Origin: Candidatus Sysuiplasma jiujiangense | Lineage (GTDB): Archaea; Thermoplasmatota; Thermoplasmata; Sysuiplasmatales; Sysuiplasmataceae | Direction of reading: 5' to 3' | DNA length: 20,000 nucleotides | NCBI GenBank assembly: GCA_019721075.1 | Contig: JAHEAD010000002.1 | Span: 199,266 to 219,265 of the forward strand | Shown here: positions 18,545 through 20,000 of the stretch, in pieces | Layout of the letters: each line of letters starts with the position of its first letter | How positions within the stretch are numbered: position 1 is the stretch's first letter | Program-made: the position numbers and the translations under genes | The notes under the pieces: model-generated | Seen by the model: only the letters and a program-made list of their open reading frames with translations | What the model was told of the DNA's origin: nothing | The model's database searches: none

Positions 18545-18562
18545 TGTCCCACAGCCGCCTAA

Positions 18563-19896
18563 CAGTATCTCCGAAGCCAATTTTCTGTAGATGATATGCC
18601 TTACACCGCTCATTTGCACTAAGGAGCGGTGCAGCAGGCACTCGCTTCAGAATCTGTATGCCTGAGCGTTTCCGTCCTGTAAGTGCGATGTGCTCAGGAC
18701 GTGTGCCTCGATGCCCTCTCCTCTGCCCGATTCAGTCTCTCGCTGCATGTATCGCTGAGTTCTATCAGGAATCCTTTGAATGTCACCTCCTCTTTGTAGA
18801 AGACAGACCATATGAGCTGCAGCATCTGTTCGTATGCGAAGAGAAAGAAGCGTATCCTGACGTCCTTTGACTTCGATTTGATTGTCGCCTCGTCCTGGAC
18901 TCTGAAACCCGTTTCGATGTCCCATCTTCCGCGGTATGCCTGAATTATGCCGTCCAGGTCTATTTCCTGCTGATTGGTTGCGAAACACCAGTCCAGACAC
19001 ATCTCCAGTCTTTTTGCATATATCTGTCTCAGCAGTGCGTATGTTGTGCTGCTGCGTATCACCGTCCTGTCCCTGTTGAGCCTGAACTCATGTTCAACGG
19101 TCATCGTGTCGCCGGACCGCATCGGCGCCAGCACCTTCTTCACCGCATCATTCTTAGGAACGAATATGAGATAGGGCACAGTCATTCTATCCAGTGCAAT
19201 CATGAGTTCGTTGCTGTAAAATCCTCTGTCGAACAGACAGAGTCTCACAGATTTGAAATGCGGCCTGACGAATTCGAGACAGAATGACACATCCCTCGCT
19301 ATGTTGTAACCCATGTGCACCGGTATCGAGAGCAGAGGCACGCGCTGCGGAATGTCGCTGCTCACCAGCGAGCATGTAAGGAAACGGAATTTGCCTGTGA
19401 CTGCATGGTCCCCCGTCCACGTGTGTATCCATGTGCCTTCCAGTTTGCCATAGAAGTCCTCGTCCGTGTGGTCGAATGCGAGGACGGCGTCATGTTCGGC
19501 GAATCCTGTCCTCGGGCCGAATATGCCGACGGACCTGATGTACTCCGTGTACACATACGGCATGGGTACACTCTTTATCGCCATGTGTATGCTGTCCGCC
19601 CTGCTGCCCACAGTTTCAAGATATGTGTTAGCCATGGCAGATTTCAGCAAGTCCCGATTATAGTGGAAGCCGGAAAGTGTCTCTGACTTGGAGACGAGAC
19701 AGAGCGTCCTGTCCACGCATACGTCGAGTGTCGTCAGTGTCCTGTACACTCTCTCCCTGTTCAGCACGCAGCGTGATCTGGCGAAGAACGTTATAACAGG
19801 ATCGATGAAATGGTCCGTGTGCACCCGAATTAGCCAAAAATCGGCTAATTCTATACGATCTCCGTACAGTCTTTACGATCGTCTTCGGAGATACTG
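18563..19896 (-). mobile_element. Complete ISH3-family insertion sequence, 1334 bp
   Basis: Perfect 14-bp terminal inverted repeats CAGTATCTCCGAAG (18563-18576) and CTTCGGAGATACTG (19883-19896). Flanking 5-bp direct repeats CCTAA at 18558-18562 and 19897-19901. One transposase ORF. Confidence 0.93.
18694..19824 (-). CDS. ISH3-family DDE transposase (376 aa)
   Basis: VLAFDHTDEDFYG (D), CLFDRGFYS (D), YRGRWDIETGFR (Y-R-E-K-type motif with E). Uninterrupted frame. Confidence 0.92.
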   Translation of the reverse strand: MHTDHFIDPVITFFARSRCVLNRERVYRTLTTLDVCVDRTLCLVSKSETLSGFHYNRDLLKSAMANTYLETVGSRADSIHMAIKSVPMPYVYTEYIRSVGIFGPRTGFAEHDAVLAFDHTDEDFYGKLEGTWIHTWTGDHAVTGKFRFLTCSLVSSDIPQRVPLLSIPVHMGYNIARDVSFCLEFVRPHFKSVRLCLFDRGFYSNELMIALDRMTVPYLIFVPKNDAVKKVLAPMRSGDTMTVEHEFRLNRDRTVIRSSTTYALLRQIYAKRLEMCLDWCFATNQQEIDLDGIIQAYRGRWDIETGFRVQDEATIKSKSKDVRIRFFLFAYEQMLQLIWSVFYKEEVTFKGFLIELSDTCSERLNRAEERASRHTS

Positions 19897-19901
19897 CCTA
19901 A

Positions 19902-20000
19902 CAGTATCTCCGATCCTTTTTATGTTGCCGATAGGCATGTCTGACTGGATACTTTTGCAGGATACGAAGTAAACGCCATCCGCTTCGCATTTCAAACAAC
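19902..20000. mobile_element. Terminus of a second, related ISH3-like element or MITE that runs off the window
   Basis: CAGTATCTCCGA (19902-19913) matches 12 bp of the terminal repeat and begins immediately after the CCTAA duplication. The interior differs from both ends of the first element. Confidence 0.65.

Overview
Archaeal DNA, most consistent with Thermoplasmata (inferred from gene styles, not from a search). About 1-14.6 kb is mostly core chromosome: D-aminoacyl-tRNA deacylase (cut by the window edge), pyrH, aRF1-argS, a ~1065-aa PKD/CARDB membrane-anchored surface protein, an OpgH/MdoH-like family-2 glycosyltransferase, a PurP-family ligase, an MFS exporter, two small membrane proteins and tRNA-Gln(CTG). 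Beyond the tRNA lies an accessory, IS-rich stretch. It holds a cryptic, decayed ISA1214-type element (DUF2080 relic plus frameshifted transposase, not apparent from the ORF track), a lower-GC GH31 alpha-glucosidase, an IS66 scrap, a second ISA1214-type transposase remnant, and a complete 1334-bp ISH3-family element with 14-bp terminal inverted repeats and a 5-bp target duplication. The end of a further related element directly abuts it. The best leads are the end-to-end stacking of ISH3 elements at one 5-bp target, the structured DNA/RNA motifs in the IS nest, and the OpgH-like glucan synthase candidate in an archaeon. No complete new multi-gene system can be demonstrated from this window alone. 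Family assignments come from recalled motifs, and no database search was run.
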